Origin: Mobula hypostoma
Taxonomy: Eukaryota
Assembly: GCF_963921235.1 (NCBI RefSeq)
Contig: NC_086108.1
Location: 38,256,001 to 38,320,000, forward strand
DNA length: 64,000 nucleotides
Direction: 5' to 3'
The notes beneath the pieces were generated by a model. It saw only the letters and a program-made list of their open reading frames with translations. It was not told the origin of the DNA and ran no database searches. Positions 63,225-64,000 of the stretch are shown one piece after another. Made by a program: the position numbers and the translations under genes. Position 1 is the first letter of the stretch, and every line of letters begins with the position of its first letter.

Positions 63225-64000
63225 TGGTGTTTCCTTTTTATGTTGTATGTCAGTAATTTGGATGACAGAATTAATGACTTTGTGGCCATGTTTGGAATGA
63301 CATGAGGACAGGTGGGGGAGCAAGGAGTGTTGAGAAAGCAGGGAGGCTGCAGAAGGACTTAGATTAGGAGAATGGGCAAAGAAGTGGCTGATGAAATAGT
63401 GTTGGGAAATGTATGGATATGCACTTTGGTAGAAGGACTAAAAGCATAACTATTTTCTAAAGGGAGAGAAAATTCAAAAATTCAAAGTGCAATGAGACTT
63501 GGGAATCCTTGTGTAGGATTCCCTAAAGCTTAATTTGCAGGTTGAGTCAGTAGTGGGGAAGGCAAAAGCAATGTTGGCATTTATTTTGAGAGGACCAGAA
63601 AAAAAAGCAAGGATATAATGCTGAGGCTTTATAAGGCACTGGTGAAGCTCCACGGAGTATTATTAGCGGCTTTGGGCCCTCATCTATGAAACAATATGCT
63701 GATATTGGAGAAGTTTCAGAGGAGGTTCACAAGAATGAATCTGGGAATGAAAGGGTTAAGCATGAGGAGGATTTCATGGCCTGTATCACTGGAATTTAGA
63801 AGAATGAGGGGAGATCTCATTGAAACTTATCAAATGTCGAAAGGCCCAGATAGAGTAGATGTGGAGAGGATGTTACCTATAGTGGGGCAGTCTAGAACTG
63901 GATCACAGCCTCAGAATGGAGGGTTGACCATTTAAAATGGAGATGATGAGGTAATTCTTTAGCCAGAGGGTGGTGAATGTGTTAAATTTGTTGCCTCAGG
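63225..64000 (+). mobile_element. CR1 ORF2 3' fragment, degraded, runs off window edge
   Basis: ORF 63696..63935 (LEKFQRRFTRM, EFRRMRGDLIETY). Confidence 0.85.

Noticed and set aside
1..64000. Prokaryotic systems (CRISPR, retrons, DGRs, operons)
   Set aside because: All RTs belong to eukaryotic LINE or Penelope clades; no repeat-spacer array or operon structure is present.

Overview
This is eukaryotic, repeat-dense non-coding DNA. The repeat set (CR1, Rex1/Babar, L1, Penelope, V-domain SINE) points to a cartilaginous fish, probably a ray; that assignment is inference. I could not support any host protein-coding exon. Most of the window is nested transposable elements: many CR1 LINE pieces (one 5'-complete with ORF1 esterase), Rex1/Babar LINEs, an internally deleted Tigger/pogo DNA transposon with a long internal hairpin, and a full-length L1 inserted antisense into ORF2 of a different L1 with a 16-18 bp TSD. 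It also holds a Penelope-like element (RT + GIY-YIG), several short or palindromic Penelope derivatives carrying minimal hammerhead-ribozyme motifs, SINEs, solo-LTR candidates, a 3.7-kb polypurine tract, and a decayed endogenous retrovirus relic (gag-pro-RNase H, RT apparently deleted) that the ORF track misses. The most interesting items are the hammerhead-bearing mini elements, the ERV relic and the L1-in-L1 nest. None can be called a proven new system from sequence alone.
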